Below are positions 48,404 through 58,062 of a stretch of 64,000 bases of DNA, in pieces. How positions within the stretch are numbered: position 1 is the first letter of the stretch; every line of letters begins with the position of its first letter. Source of the stretch: an uncultured Chloroflexia bacterium (GTDB lineage: Bacteria; Chloroflexota; Limnocylindria; QHBO01); assembly GCA_963704115.1 (NCBI GenBank), contig CAVPGY010000001.1, positions 459,062 through 523,061 on the forward strand. The letters are read 5' to 3'. The position numbers and the translations under genes were made by a program. The notes under the pieces were generated by a model, which had not been told where the DNA came from, ran no database searches, and worked only from the letters and a program-made list of their open reading frames with translations.

Positions 48404-50308
48404 ATGAACCGTTCGGTGACGACCCCCCGGTTGAATGTCGTGACCTCCCCGACCATGAGCCTTCCGGCCGAAGCCGTGGCTCATGGGCTTGGCCGCGCCC
48501 TAAAGGCGGTCGGCGTCGACGTGATGACCGTGGACGACGGCATACCCCCCGTCGAAGCCGGAACCGTCAACCTGCTGGTGGCTCCGCACGAGGTCCTGCC
48601 ATCCACGGAGCTCGAGTCCCGTGAGCTGGCGGCTCGGCTGGCGCGGACGGTCATCGTGTCCACGGCCCGACCGTCGAGCGCCGGATGGCGCCATGCCCTG
48701 CGGTACGCCCATGCATCCGCGGCCGTCCTGGACATCTCGGACGCGGGCGTCGCGGCGTATGCATCCGTCGGCCTCGCGGCGCGACGCCTCAGGCTGGGAT
48801 ACGACTCGTCCCAGGATCGGTCGTCGGGCGGGATCGACACGAGGCCGCTGGACGTCGTCTTCCTCGGGCGCTCGACGCCGCGGCGCCTGGCAATCCTGGC
48901 GTCGGCTGCACGTCACCTCTCCCGCCGGCACGTCGACCTGCGGTTCACCGACGGCGTGGCCAACCGGACGGACGCGGTGACCGATTTCGTGTCGGGGCCG
49001 AGCAAGGACCGATTGCTCGCATCCGCCAAGATCGTCCTCAACATCCATCCCGACGACGACCCCCTGTTCGAGTGGATGCGAGCACAGAGTGCGCTGAGCA
49101 ACGGCTGCCTGTACGTCTCCGAGCTCTCATCCGGCGCGACGCCGCTCGACCCGGGACGGCATTTCGTGAGCGTCAATCACACGCATCTCGGCGCAACGCT
49201 GGACCGCCTGCTCGAAGAGCCCGAGCGCCTCGAGCAGGTTCGCGCTGCCGGAGCCGAGTTCTTCCGTACCCAGATGCGACTCGAGGATGAGGTTGCGGAG
49301 ATCGCCGAGCTCGCGGCGGCGACAGCAAGCCGGGGCCCGCTCGTGCCGGACGCGCCAGGTCTGCCGCCCGCGCCGGACGACGAGGCCGGCGACTCGGAAC
49401 GTGAGTCGGTCGCCCCCGAGGACGCGCTGCTCGCGACGATCCAGCGACAGAACGGCGTGCTGAAACGGCTGTTCGTCGAGATCCGCAGCCTGCGTCGCGA
49501 GGTTGCTCATGTGCGGCACGCGGTCGAGGATCCGGGCGAGCCGCTGGTCCACGTGGAGAGCACCGCCGCATGGGAGTCCGGCGCTCTGCACGATGTGACC
49601 GTGATCATCTCGCTGTACAACTACGGCCGGTTCGTCCGGGAAGCCATCGAGAGCGCCCTGGCTTCCCAGGGGGTGAGCGTGGAGGTCGTCGTGATCGACG
49701 ACCACAGCTCGGACGACGGCCCGGCCATCGTCCGGCAGCTCATGGCCGAGCGGCCGGATGCAGCGGTCCGCCTCCTGGAGCAGCGGGTGAACACCGGAGC
49801 CCAGCGCGCCAGGAATCTCGCCTTCACCCACGCCCGGAGCCCGCTTGCCTTCGTCCTGGATGCGGACAACGCGGTCTATCCGAGCGGTATCGCGAAGTTG
49901 CGCGAGGGCCTGGCACGTGACGAGGGTGCGGCCTTCGCCTACGGGATCATCGAGCGATTCGGGGCGGAAGGCGGCATCGACCTGATGGGCCTCGAGGGTT
50001 GGGATGAGCGGCGCCTGGCCCAGTCGCACTACATCGACGCGATGGCCCTCATCCGCGTCGACGCCTGGAACGAGGTGGGAGGCTACGTCACCGATCCGGC
50101 GCTCGAGCTCGGGTGGGAGGATTACGACCTGTGGTTGAACTTCGCCTCGCACGGGTATCGCGGCCTGCACGTCCGAGAGATCATCGGTCGGTACCGCGTC
50201 CACGGCATCTCATCGCTCGCGATCACGTCGCTCGACACCACCGAGCTCCGCCAGAGGTTGGAGGAGCGGCACGCTCAGTTCTTCCGGAACGTCAACCGCG
50301 AGGCCTGA
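48404..50308 (+). CDS. two-domain glycosyltransferase (N-terminal GT1/CgeB-like, C-terminal GT2)
   Basis: N-terminal domain: DVVFLGRSTPRR...IVLNIH...EWMRAQSALSNGCLYVSE. A coiled linker follows. C-terminal domain: VTVIISLYNYGRFVREAIESAL...VVVIDDHSSDDG...FVLDADN. Intact within ORF 48266..50308. Confidence 0.75.
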   Translation: MNRSVTTPRLNVVTSPTMSLPAEAVAHGLGRALKAVGVDVMTVDDGIPPVEAGTVNLLVAPHEVLPSTELESRELAARLARTVIVSTARPSSAGWRHALRYAHASAAVLDISDAGVAAYASVGLAARRLRLGYDSSQDRSSGGIDTRPLDVVFLGRSTPRRLAILASAARHLSRRHVDLRFTDGVANRTDAVTDFVSGPSKDRLLASAKIVLNIHPDDDPLFEWMRAQSALSNGCLYVSELSSGATPLDPGRHFVSVNHTHLGATLDRLLEEPERLEQVRAAGAEFFRTQMRLEDEVAEIAELAAATASRGPLVPDAPGLPPAPDDEAGDSERESVAPEDALLATIQRQNGVLKRLFVEIRSLRREVAHVRHAVEDPGEPLVHVESTAAWESGALHDVTVIISLYNYGRFVREAIESALASQGVSVEVVVIDDHSSDDGPAIVRQLMAERPDAAVRLLEQRVNTGAQRARNLAFTHARSPLAFVLDADNAVYPSGIAKLREGLARDEGAAFAYGIIERFGAEGGIDLMGLEGWDERRLAQSHYIDAMALIRVDAWNEVGGYVTDPALELGWEDYDLWLNFASHGYRGLHVREIIGRYRVHGISSLAITSLDTTELRQRLEERHAQFFRNVNREA

Positions 50309-51503
50309 CGGCGTTTCTCAGACCGTTGAGGCCCCTGCCCACGGCGGCGCCCGCGGCAACGGCCATCGGCACGGGGTCGCGGATCGACACGATGTCATAG
50401 GCATCCCACGGTCGCGAGGAGAGGATCTGGCGCCGAGAACCACGCTCCGATGAGTGGGAGGCCAGCCATTTGAGCTCGAGCATCGGCCGATGCCAGCGCC
50501 GTCCGACGGGATACGGCAGCGGTTCCTGCGGCGGCAGACGCAGGGCATCTCGCACGGCACGCTCCGCCGGCTGAAGGCCGAGCTTCGCCGGGAAGCCAAG
50601 AGATCCCCAGGCTCGGGCATTGACCTCGATCAGGCAGAGGCTGCCGTCGCCCTGACCGTAGAACTCGACATTCGCCAGGCCGGCATAGCCCGCGGCGTCG
50701 CAGACCCGCTCAGCGGCTTGGATGGCCATGGCCCCGACGCCACGATCGGCTGCGATGGTCTCGACTGCCGTCGCAATGCCGCCCTCGACGGGGTACTCGC
50801 GCAGGACGCGATACGCAAACCGAAAGCTCGTGAACTCGGCGCGGCGAACGATCGACACGTTGACCTTGAAACGGCGCTCGACGCGCCTCTGAATGATCGG
50901 GTCCAACCCCCAGCCGCGGATCGTTGCCACGGCATTCAGCGCCTCGTTCGGCGACCGAGCCACGACGGCGCCGGTGTGGCTCGCCACGCCCTGGGCGGTC
51001 CCCACCGCCGACTGGCGAGGCTTCACGATCACCGGCTCATCGAGCGGGACGCCGGGGTCGTCGGCACGCCAGGTGGCCGGATACGAGACCCCGGCCGCAT
51101 CGCACGCCGTGACGAGGGCGTACTTGTCGATGACGCAATCGAGCGCGCGATTCATCTGCGGCACCGTCGGGAGCCCCAGCTCCAGGTTCCGAAGCCGCGC
51201 GATCGTTGCATCCGTCCCGATGACCGCGGCCGTCAGCTTGTGCGTCCGCGAGAGCTCGAGCACTGCCTGTCGGACCGGCTCGGCCGGCCCGTCCATGGAC
51301 GGGAGGTGAAGGTATCCGGTCGCGAACCGGGATGCGGCGGCGTACGCGCGGTGGCGGGGCTCATGACCCCCCACCCAGACGGACCGGCCGGCACGTCCGA
51401 GGTCCCGAACCACGGCCAGCGCATGCCAGCTCCGTGGGTCCAGGACGAGGATGGGAGCCTGATCAGACGGGCCAGGACGCGAGGCGCCGACGGATCGATC
51501 CAC
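50292..51503 (-). CDS. ATP-grasp domain ligase, paralog 1
   Basis: Intact 403-aa ORF: VIVKPRQS...IIQRRV...ANVEFYGQGDGSLCLIEVNARAWGS. Collinear with the ORFs at 51529 and 54719. Confidence 0.7.
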   Translation of the reverse strand: MDRSVGASRPGPSDQAPILVLDPRSWHALAVVRDLGRAGRSVWVGGHEPRHRAYAAASRFATGYLHLPSMDGPAEPVRQAVLELSRTHKLTAAVIGTDATIARLRNLELGLPTVPQMNRALDCVIDKYALVTACDAAGVSYPATWRADDPGVPLDEPVIVKPRQSAVGTAQGVASHTGAVVARSPNEALNAVATIRGWGLDPIIQRRVERRFKVNVSIVRRAEFTSFRFAYRVLREYPVEGGIATAVETIAADRGVGAMAIQAAERVCDAAGYAGLANVEFYGQGDGSLCLIEVNARAWGSLGFPAKLGLQPAERAVRDALRLPPQEPLPYPVGRRWHRPMLELKWLASHSSERGSRRQILSSRPWDAYDIVSIRDPVPMAVAAGAAVGRGLNGLRNAVRPRG

Positions 51504-51528
51504 TGTGCTGTTCCGCTCCGGTTGCTTC

Positions 51529-52749
51529 CTAGACGGATCGCTTGTTGGCCGCCTGCAGGACCCGGGTGGCCAGCGGCTTCATGTCTCGCGGGTCGATCTC
51601 CACCACGTCCCACGGGCGCGTCGTGCGAACCAGCTCCAGCAAGCCGCGTGCCGTGCCCTCCTGGTCCGCCAGCCAACGGAGGACCCCTCCCGCGTGGAAG
51701 CGCCGCCCGACCCGGTACGGGTGCTGGTCGATGGGCGCAAGGCCCAGCGCGAACCGGACGCCTCGCTCCGTGAGCCGCTGGCCGAGGCGTTCGGCGAACC
51801 ACGTGGATCCCCAGAGACGAGGGTTGACATCCAGGAGGTAGAGCCGACCGTCCTGGCCGGATCGATAGAACTCGGCCTGCGCCAGTCCCCGATAGCCGGC
51901 GGCATCGCAGATCCGCTCCAGCTGTTCGACGGCCTCCGCCCCCGCGCCGCTGTCGGGAGAGATCGTGACCAGGCTGACGCCCATGCCGCCGGCCGCGGGC
52001 GCTTCTCGCAGGACGCGATGGGCATACCGGAACTCGCTCCGCCCCTCGTTGCGGATGACTGCTGCGTTCAGCTTGTCGACGAACGGGACTCGTTCCTGAA
52101 GGATGGGGACCAGCCCGGCGGCGCGTAGCTCGGCCACGGCCGCCAGGACGTCGGCAATCGTTCGACAGACCTGCGCACCCTTTGCTGCAGCCGCGCCACC
52201 CTCGTCGGCGGATGCGGAACGCGCGGACTTGATGATGAGCGGCAGCGGATTGGCAGCGGCGATGGACTCGACGTCGTCCTCCGGACCGATCATTCGGGTG
52301 GTCGGATACGCGACACCGGCGGAGCGGCTCAGGCCCTCGAGCGCGACCTTGTCGACGAGACGGCAGAATGCGGGACCGGTATCAGGGAAGCTCGGGAGCG
52401 GTAGCTCCAGGGTCGACAGTCGCGCCAGGGTCAGGTCGCTCGTTGCGACGAGGACGTCATACCCCTCGCGGGCGACGAGACCTCGCAGCGCATCGTCGAA
52501 GGCCGCCCGGGGACCGGCCGGGTCTGGGATCCGGTGGAAGCGGCGTACGAACCGCGACACCGCAGCCGGCCCTGCGAGCCGCCGCCGGTCGTACCCGGCG
52601 ACGTCGAGAACGTACCCATCGGCTCGTCCCAGCGCGCGGCAAGCCGCCAGCGATGGTCGCTCCCAGGGGTCGAGGATGAGCGCCTTGATCAACGTTGGTC
52701 CCGTCTTGCGTGGTCTATGATCGATCCCGGTTGCGGGCCGGGGGCTCAC
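51529..52749 (-). CDS. ATP-grasp domain ligase, paralog 2
   Basis: Intact 406-aa ORF: LIIKSARS...ILQERV...AQAEFYRSGQDGRLYLLDVNPRLWGS. Confidence 0.7.
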   Translation of the reverse strand: MSPRPATGIDHRPRKTGPTLIKALILDPWERPSLAACRALGRADGYVLDVAGYDRRRLAGPAAVSRFVRRFHRIPDPAGPRAAFDDALRGLVAREGYDVLVATSDLTLARLSTLELPLPSFPDTGPAFCRLVDKVALEGLSRSAGVAYPTTRMIGPEDDVESIAAANPLPLIIKSARSASADEGGAAAAKGAQVCRTIADVLAAVAELRAAGLVPILQERVPFVDKLNAAVIRNEGRSEFRYAHRVLREAPAAGGMGVSLVTISPDSGAGAEAVEQLERICDAAGYRGLAQAEFYRSGQDGRLYLLDVNPRLWGSTWFAERLGQRLTERGVRFALGLAPIDQHPYRVGRRFHAGGVLRWLADQEGTARGLLELVRTTRPWDVVEIDPRDMKPLATRVLQAANKRSV

Positions 52750-52841
52750 CCATCCTGGCGACTCAGCGCGGCACTCCGCGGGATCGGGGTGGGTGGTGCG
52801 CGTAGCCTACAGCCATTCTTGGCCCTGGTCTGGAGAGGCAA

Positions 52842-53624
52842 TTGTCAGACTCTCGGCGCGTCCTGATCACCGGAGCCGATGGCACGATCGGACGCATCCT
52901 GCGCGAGCGACTGGCCGGTACCTACCGTCTGTCGTTCCTCACGAGGCGACCGGCCGCGTTTGCCAGCCACGTGGGCTCGATCGAGCGACTGGATGAGATC
53001 GAGGGCGCCTTCAAGGGGGTGGATACGGTGGTCCACCTGGCGGGAGAGTCGTCCGTTGACGCGCCGTGGGAGCGCGTCCTTCCCGCCAACATCGTGGGCG
53101 CTTACAACGTGTTCGAGGCGGCGCGGCGAGCGGGCGTTCGCCGGGTGGTGTTCGCGTCGTCGAACCACGCCATCGGGATGTATGAGGCGGAGGGGGCCCC
53201 GGCGATCTACGAGCTCGATGATCGTCGCACCTACGCTGCCGACGTACCGGCGCGGCCGGACTCGCTTTATGGCGCGTCCAAGGTGTTCGGGGAAGCGCTC
53301 GGGCGCATGTACGCGGACCGCCACGCGATGGAGGTCATCTGCCTCCGGATCGGCGCCGTCCGCGCCGACGACGATCCGACGAACGCGCACGCAGGCCGTC
53401 CGTTTGAACCGCTGCCACCGCTCTCGCTCGAGGATGCCCGGAGGCGGCTCCGCGCCGTGTGGCTGAGCCACCGAGACTGCGTCGCACTCGTGCAGGCCGC
53501 CGTGGAGGCGGACGTGTCGTGGGCCGTTGTGTACGGCACGTCCGACAACCCGCGCCAGATGTGGGACCTCGGCGGAGCGCGGGAGCTCCTCGGCTACCGC
53601 CCGAGCGACTCGGCACCAGCCTGA
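52842..53624 (+). CDS. NAD-dependent epimerase/dehydratase-family SDR (uronate dehydrogenase-like)
   Basis: VLITGADGTIGRIL...VVHLAG...FASSNHAIG...PDSLYGASKVFGE. Intact. TTG start after GGAGAGG. Confidence 0.7.
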   Translation: MSDSRRVLITGADGTIGRILRERLAGTYRLSFLTRRPAAFASHVGSIERLDEIEGAFKGVDTVVHLAGESSVDAPWERVLPANIVGAYNVFEAARRAGVRRVVFASSNHAIGMYEAEGAPAIYELDDRRTYAADVPARPDSLYGASKVFGEALGRMYADRHAMEVICLRIGAVRADDDPTNAHAGRPFEPLPPLSLEDARRRLRAVWLSHRDCVALVQAAVEADVSWAVVYGTSDNPRQMWDLGGARELLGYRPSDSAPA

Positions 53625-53686
53625 GCCGTCGAATCCGGCGCGTGGCCGAGGCGGCGGATCAGCTGGTCGTGGTGCCGCGTCGCCAC

Positions 53687-54412
53687 TCAGTCGGTGGAGT
53701 CGTCCCTGCCCTCGGCATCGGCGGCGCCCTCCGGCTGCGAGGACTCCCCGTCGGGCCGCTCCTCGCCGCTCTCCGCAGCGCCCTCGCCTTCGCCCTCGGC
53801 GCCCGCCTCGCCCTCTTCGCCCTCCGCGACGACCGGCTCCTCCTCGACCTCGACCCGCGGTGGGACGACGGTCGCGACGAGCGTCTCGCCGTCGGTCAGG
53901 ACGTGGACGAGATCGCGGTTGAGGTTGAGGTCGGCGACGTGGATCGCCACGTCGAGGCTGATCAGGGTCGACACGTCGACGCTGATCTCGTGCGGGATGT
54001 CATTCGGCAGCGCCTTGACGCGCACGCTTGACAGGTTGTGGAGCAGCGTCCCGCCGGTCTCCTCGACCGCGGGGGCCTCGCCGGTGAAGATGAGGGGCAC
54101 CTCGACCTCCATCTCGACCTTCAGGTTGACGAGGTAGTAGTCCACGTGGAGCGCCTGTCGCGTGAGCGGGTGGCGCTGAACGCTCTTGATGAATCCGCTG
54201 GAGGCGCGACCGGCACCGGGAAGCCGGAACTTGATCACCGATGTTCGGCCGGCTGCGCGGTAGAGCGTCTCGAAGGTCTTCGCGTCGACCTGGACGTTCG
54301 TCGATCCCTCGCCCTTGCCGTAGACGACGCCGGGCACGATGCCCTCTCGGCGCAGCCGCTTGTTCGCCTTGCCCTGCGCCTCACGCGCGTCGAGGGTGAG
54401 CTCCAGGTCCAT
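53687..54412 (-). CDS. rplY: 50S ribosomal protein L25 / general stress protein Ctc (acidic C-terminal tail)
   Basis: LTLDAREAQGKANKRLRREGIVPGVVYGKG...VQRHPLTRQALHVDYYLV...EVPLIFTGEAPAV. Intact. Confidence 0.85.
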   Translation of the reverse strand: MDLELTLDAREAQGKANKRLRREGIVPGVVYGKGEGSTNVQVDAKTFETLYRAAGRTSVIKFRLPGAGRASSGFIKSVQRHPLTRQALHVDYYLVNLKVEMEVEVPLIFTGEAPAVEETGGTLLHNLSSVRVKALPNDIPHEISVDVSTLISLDVAIHVADLNLNRDLVHVLTDGETLVATVVPPRVEVEEEPVVAEGEEGEAGAEGEGEGAAESGEERPDGESSQPEGAADAEGRDDSTD

Positions 54413-54635
54413 CGGTCGTGGTGATCCTCTCTGGTGGTCGGGCGCCTCGGACGCTCATGGCGAGCGGCGGGCAGCACCGAACTGATCGAATGCGCAATCG
54501 GGGTGCGATGTGGAATGGTACCCCGCAACCCCGGGCCGGGCAAGCGCCGTGCCTCGCCCCGGTCATCGCGGACCGAGTGGTGCGGGATCGGCAGCCGTAG
54601 CGACCGGCACCTCGAGGGGCCGACCCGATGGTTCC

Positions 54636-54641
54636 TATACT
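54636..54641 (+). promoter_or_regulatory. candidate -10 element TATACT within a shared 14-mer GTTCCTATACTGCC
   Basis: About 78 nt upstream of the ATP-grasp paralog 3 start. The identical 14-mer occurs at 57347-57360. Confidence 0.35.
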
Positions 54642-54718
54642 GCCCCCGATGGATTCAACCCCCCGGCACGCCATCGATCGTCGATGCAGCGCGACTCGCC
54701 CCGCGACCACGGGTCTGC

Positions 54719-55903
54719 GTGATCGCTGACCCGTTGGCGATCCTCGTGCTCGGGGAACGCGCCGCCGTGGCGGTGCCCGCGTGCCGGGCACTCGCGCGAG
54801 CGGGCTTCACCGTGGGCGTGGCCGGGCGCCGCCAACGCGAGGAGGCAGCCTGGTCGCGCTCCGTCGATCGCTATCACCGCCTGCCTCGAGGGGCTGAAGG
54901 TGATGCGGCGTGGCGTCGGGCCATCGAGAAGCTCGTCGTGGCGGAGCGCTATGCCGTCGTCGTGGCCACGACCGATCGGATGGTGGCCCGCCTCATGCGC
55001 ACCCCGCTCACCGTCCCGACCGTCCCGACCATTGGCGAGCCGCACCGGGCCCTCGTCGACAAGCAGGCTTTGGGACGCCTTGCCGAGACGGCGGGGGTGC
55101 CATACCCGCGGACGCTGCCCTTCGTCGAGGGGGCGTCCGACAGCCTGGCAGCCGCCCTTGGGCTGCCGCTGATCGTGAAGGCAGCCGTGCCCGCCTCGGT
55201 CGGGGAGGATGGAGCCGTTCGGAAGCTCGGCGGCGCCACCTTGGTGCGGGATGCCGACGATCTCGCGGCCGCGGCGTTGCGCATTCACGAGCACGGCCTG
55301 CGGCCGATCGCGCAGGAGCTCGTGGACGGTGCGAAGTACCAGGTGACCACGATTCGCCGGGCGGGACGGACCTCGTTCGCGTTCGCGATGCGGGTGGCCC
55401 GCGAGTACCCACGGCGTCGCGGCAGTGAGTCGATGCTCGAGGCGATATCCACCGACCGGGGCGTCGGCGGGGCCATGGTCGCTGCGTTGGGGCGCACCGT
55501 CGACGCCGCCGGGTACGAGGGAGTCGTCGGCGCCGAGTTCCTGGTGTCGGCGAGTGGCGACCCGGTCCTCGTGGACATCAATCCGCGGCTGACGGGCTCG
55601 CTCGCATTCGCCGAGGCTCTTGGGCTGCGCCTGACGGAGGCGGCGGTCAGCGACGTGCTTGGTCTCTCGCCGCCGCCCGCCGGCGAGGATCCATCGGGCC
55701 GGCGCTACCACCACCTGACACGAGAGCTCCGCTGGTACCTCGCCGAGCGCCCACCGCTCCGACGTCACCTGCGGACGTTCGGGCGCTCGGACATCTGGGA
55801 TCTCCCGGCCATCGGCGATCCGCTTCCCGGCCTCGCGAGGGTCGCCCGCCGGCTCCGGGCGATCTCGGCCGGCACACCACACCGCCGCCGTCGGGTCGGG
55901 TGA
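54719..55903 (+). CDS. ATP-grasp domain ligase, paralog 3
   Basis: LIVKAAVP...IAQELV...VGAEFLVSASGDPVLVDINPRLTGS. GTG at 54719 chosen within ORF 54434..55903. Confidence 0.65.
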   Translation: MIADPLAILVLGERAAVAVPACRALARAGFTVGVAGRRQREEAAWSRSVDRYHRLPRGAEGDAAWRRAIEKLVVAERYAVVVATTDRMVARLMRTPLTVPTVPTIGEPHRALVDKQALGRLAETAGVPYPRTLPFVEGASDSLAAALGLPLIVKAAVPASVGEDGAVRKLGGATLVRDADDLAAAALRIHEHGLRPIAQELVDGAKYQVTTIRRAGRTSFAFAMRVAREYPRRRGSESMLEAISTDRGVGGAMVAALGRTVDAAGYEGVVGAEFLVSASGDPVLVDINPRLTGSLAFAEALGLRLTEAAVSDVLGLSPPPAGEDPSGRRYHHLTRELRWYLAERPPLRRHLRTFGRSDIWDLPAIGDPLPGLARVARRLRAISAGTPHRRRRVG

Positions 55904-55974
55904 GCGGGACGGTCCACGCAGCGCGATCGGATCGCCGGTCGAACGAATTCGGGTGCCCACCCGTATCACCTTCG

Positions 55975-57299
55975 ATGAAGGCCGATGGTTTCCGCGCGGC
56001 GCTCGTCGGGCTCGCCGTGCTGGTCGTGGCATGCGGCGGCCCGATGACATCGTCGCCGGATGCCGTGGCCAGGACGCCCACCCCGCCCCAAGCGCCAGCG
56101 GAGTCGAAGGCGCCGGCAGCATCGGCGAGCGCGGGCCCTGCCGCGTCGGATGACCTGGCCACGCTGCTCGAGACGCTGGAGCGCAGCCATCCGGATCCGT
56201 TCCACGGCGTCAGTCGCGATGAATTCGTGGCCGCCCTCGCCGCGTACGAGGAATCGCTTCCCACCCTGACGCCCGAGGAGGCGGTCGTTGGGCTGATGCG
56301 CGTGTGGGCCATGCTGAGCCGCGAAGGGCGCGACGGCCACCAGTTCGCCGTTCCGGCGGAGGCGCAGCGCCGGCCCGGTGCTCCCGATCCGGGTCTACGA
56401 GTTCGTCGAGGGGCTCTTCATCACCGCTGCCCGTCCGCCGCACGAGGCGCTCGCCGGCGCGCGCATCACGGCCATCGCGGGCACGCCGATCGCCCAGGTG
56501 CTGGCCGCGGTGGAGCCGCTCGTGCCGCGCGACGGCCCGGCGACGGTGCCCGCGTTCCGTCCCGATCCTGCTGCTCCGCGCCCAGGTCCTGCGCGGTCTG
56601 GGGATCGTCGGCGAGGGGTCCGTGACCATCGCCGTGGAGCTTCCCGACGGGAGCGCCGCGACCGCCGAGCTCGAGCCGATCGCGGCGGAGGAGCACGCCG
56701 AATGGGCCGGTGGCTATGGCCTGCACCAGCTGCCGCTCGACCAGCGGGTCCGCTACCTGGCCGATGACGAGCCGTTCCGCGCCACGCTGCTCGACGATGG
56801 CACCCTCTACCTCCGCTACCGATCGATCCGGCCGATCGCCACGACCGAGGTGCGCGACCTCCTCGAGGGCGGCGGGGTGGAACGCGTCATCGTCGACCTG
56901 CGGCAGAACCCCGGCGGCGACAACTCGACCTACCTCATCCTGCGCGATCTGCTCGAGGGCTTTGCCGATGCAAACCCGGGGGCGACCACCGTCCTCACCG
57001 ACCGCGTCACGTTCTCGGCCGCCTCGAACTTCGCGACCGAGATCGAGCGCTTCACCGACGCCCGATTCGTGGGCGAGGCGATGGGAGGCGGGCTCAACTT
57101 CTGGGACGACGTGCGGTGGCTGGACCTGCCGAATCTGCCGGTGCCGATGCGCGCCGCGATCAGCGTCCGCCACTGGGTCTTCGCCGACCCCGACGACCCG
57201 CGGCTGACCATCGAGCCCGATATCCCGGTCGAGGTGACGGCCGGCGACTACTTCGCCGGACGCGACCCGGCGCTCGAGGCCGCGCTCGCCGGCGGGTGA
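55975..57299 (+). CDS. S41-family peptidase-like lipoprotein (two frame breaks)
   Basis: MKADGFRAALVGLAVLVVACGG (lipobox)...HPDPFHGVSRDEF. Then LPIRVYEFVEGLFITAA...ITAIAGTPI. Then VIVDLRQNPGGDNSTY...TDRVTFSAASNFATEIE. Frame switches near 56365 and 56560. Confidence 0.65.
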
Positions 57300-57350
57300 T
57301 TGGTATCGGTTTCTTCAGCCGACGGAAACCGACGCGAACCCGATCGTTCC

Positions 57351-57356
57351 TATACT
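57351..57356 (+). promoter_or_regulatory. candidate -10 element TATACT, 8 nt upstream of the response-regulator ATG (possible leaderless transcript)
   Basis: Same 14-mer GTTCCTATACTGCC as at 54631-54644. No Shine-Dalgarno sequence before the ATG at 57365. Confidence 0.35.
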
Positions 57357-57364
57357 GCCGCCGC

Positions 57365-58062
57365 ATGCCCGGCACGATCATGATCGTCGAGGACGAGCCC
57401 GCCGTTGCCCGGGGCGTCCAGGTCGCCCTCGAGCGCGAGGGCTACGCGGTCACCGTTCAGCCCACCGGCGAGGACGCGGTGGCCAACTTCGCCGACGCCG
57501 CGCCCGACCTGGTGGTGCTCGACGTGCGCCTGCCCGGGATCGACGGCTTCGAGGTGCTCCGCCGCTGCGCCGCGAGACGCGCGCGCCGGTCATCTTCCTC
57601 ACCGCCCGCTCCGACGAGGTCGACAAGGTGGTCGGTCTCGAGATGGGCGCCGACGACTACCTCGTCAAGCCGTTCAGCGTCCGCGAGCTGGTGAGCCGCA
57701 TCAAGGCGCTGCTGCGTCGCGCCTACGGCGAGCTGGCCGACACCGAGACCGGGCGGACGCTGCGGCGCGGGGACCTGGTGATCGACCTCGAGCGCCGGCG
57801 GGTGACGCGCGGCGGCGAGCGCATCGGACTCACCACCACCGAGTTCGACATGCTCCGCCATCTCGCCGCGCGGCCCGGGCGCGTCTACACCCGCGTCCAG
57901 CTCCTCGAGCTGGTCCGCGACTACGACGACGCGCTGGAGCAGGACGAGCGGACGATCAACGTCCACATCAGCCACATCCGCGACAAGGTCGAGCCCGATC
58001 CGTCCCATCCGCGCTACATCCGGACGGTGAGGGGCGTGGGCTATGCCTTCGCCGAGGACTGA
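57365..58062 (+). CDS. OmpR/PhoB-family response regulator (one frame break)
   Basis: IMIVEDEPAVARGV...DLVVLDVRLPGIDGFEVLRR. A base is missing near 57566. Then PVIFLTARSDEVDKVVGLEMGADDYLVKPFSVRELV...TTTEFDMLRHLA...RTVRGVGYAF. Confidence 0.8.
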
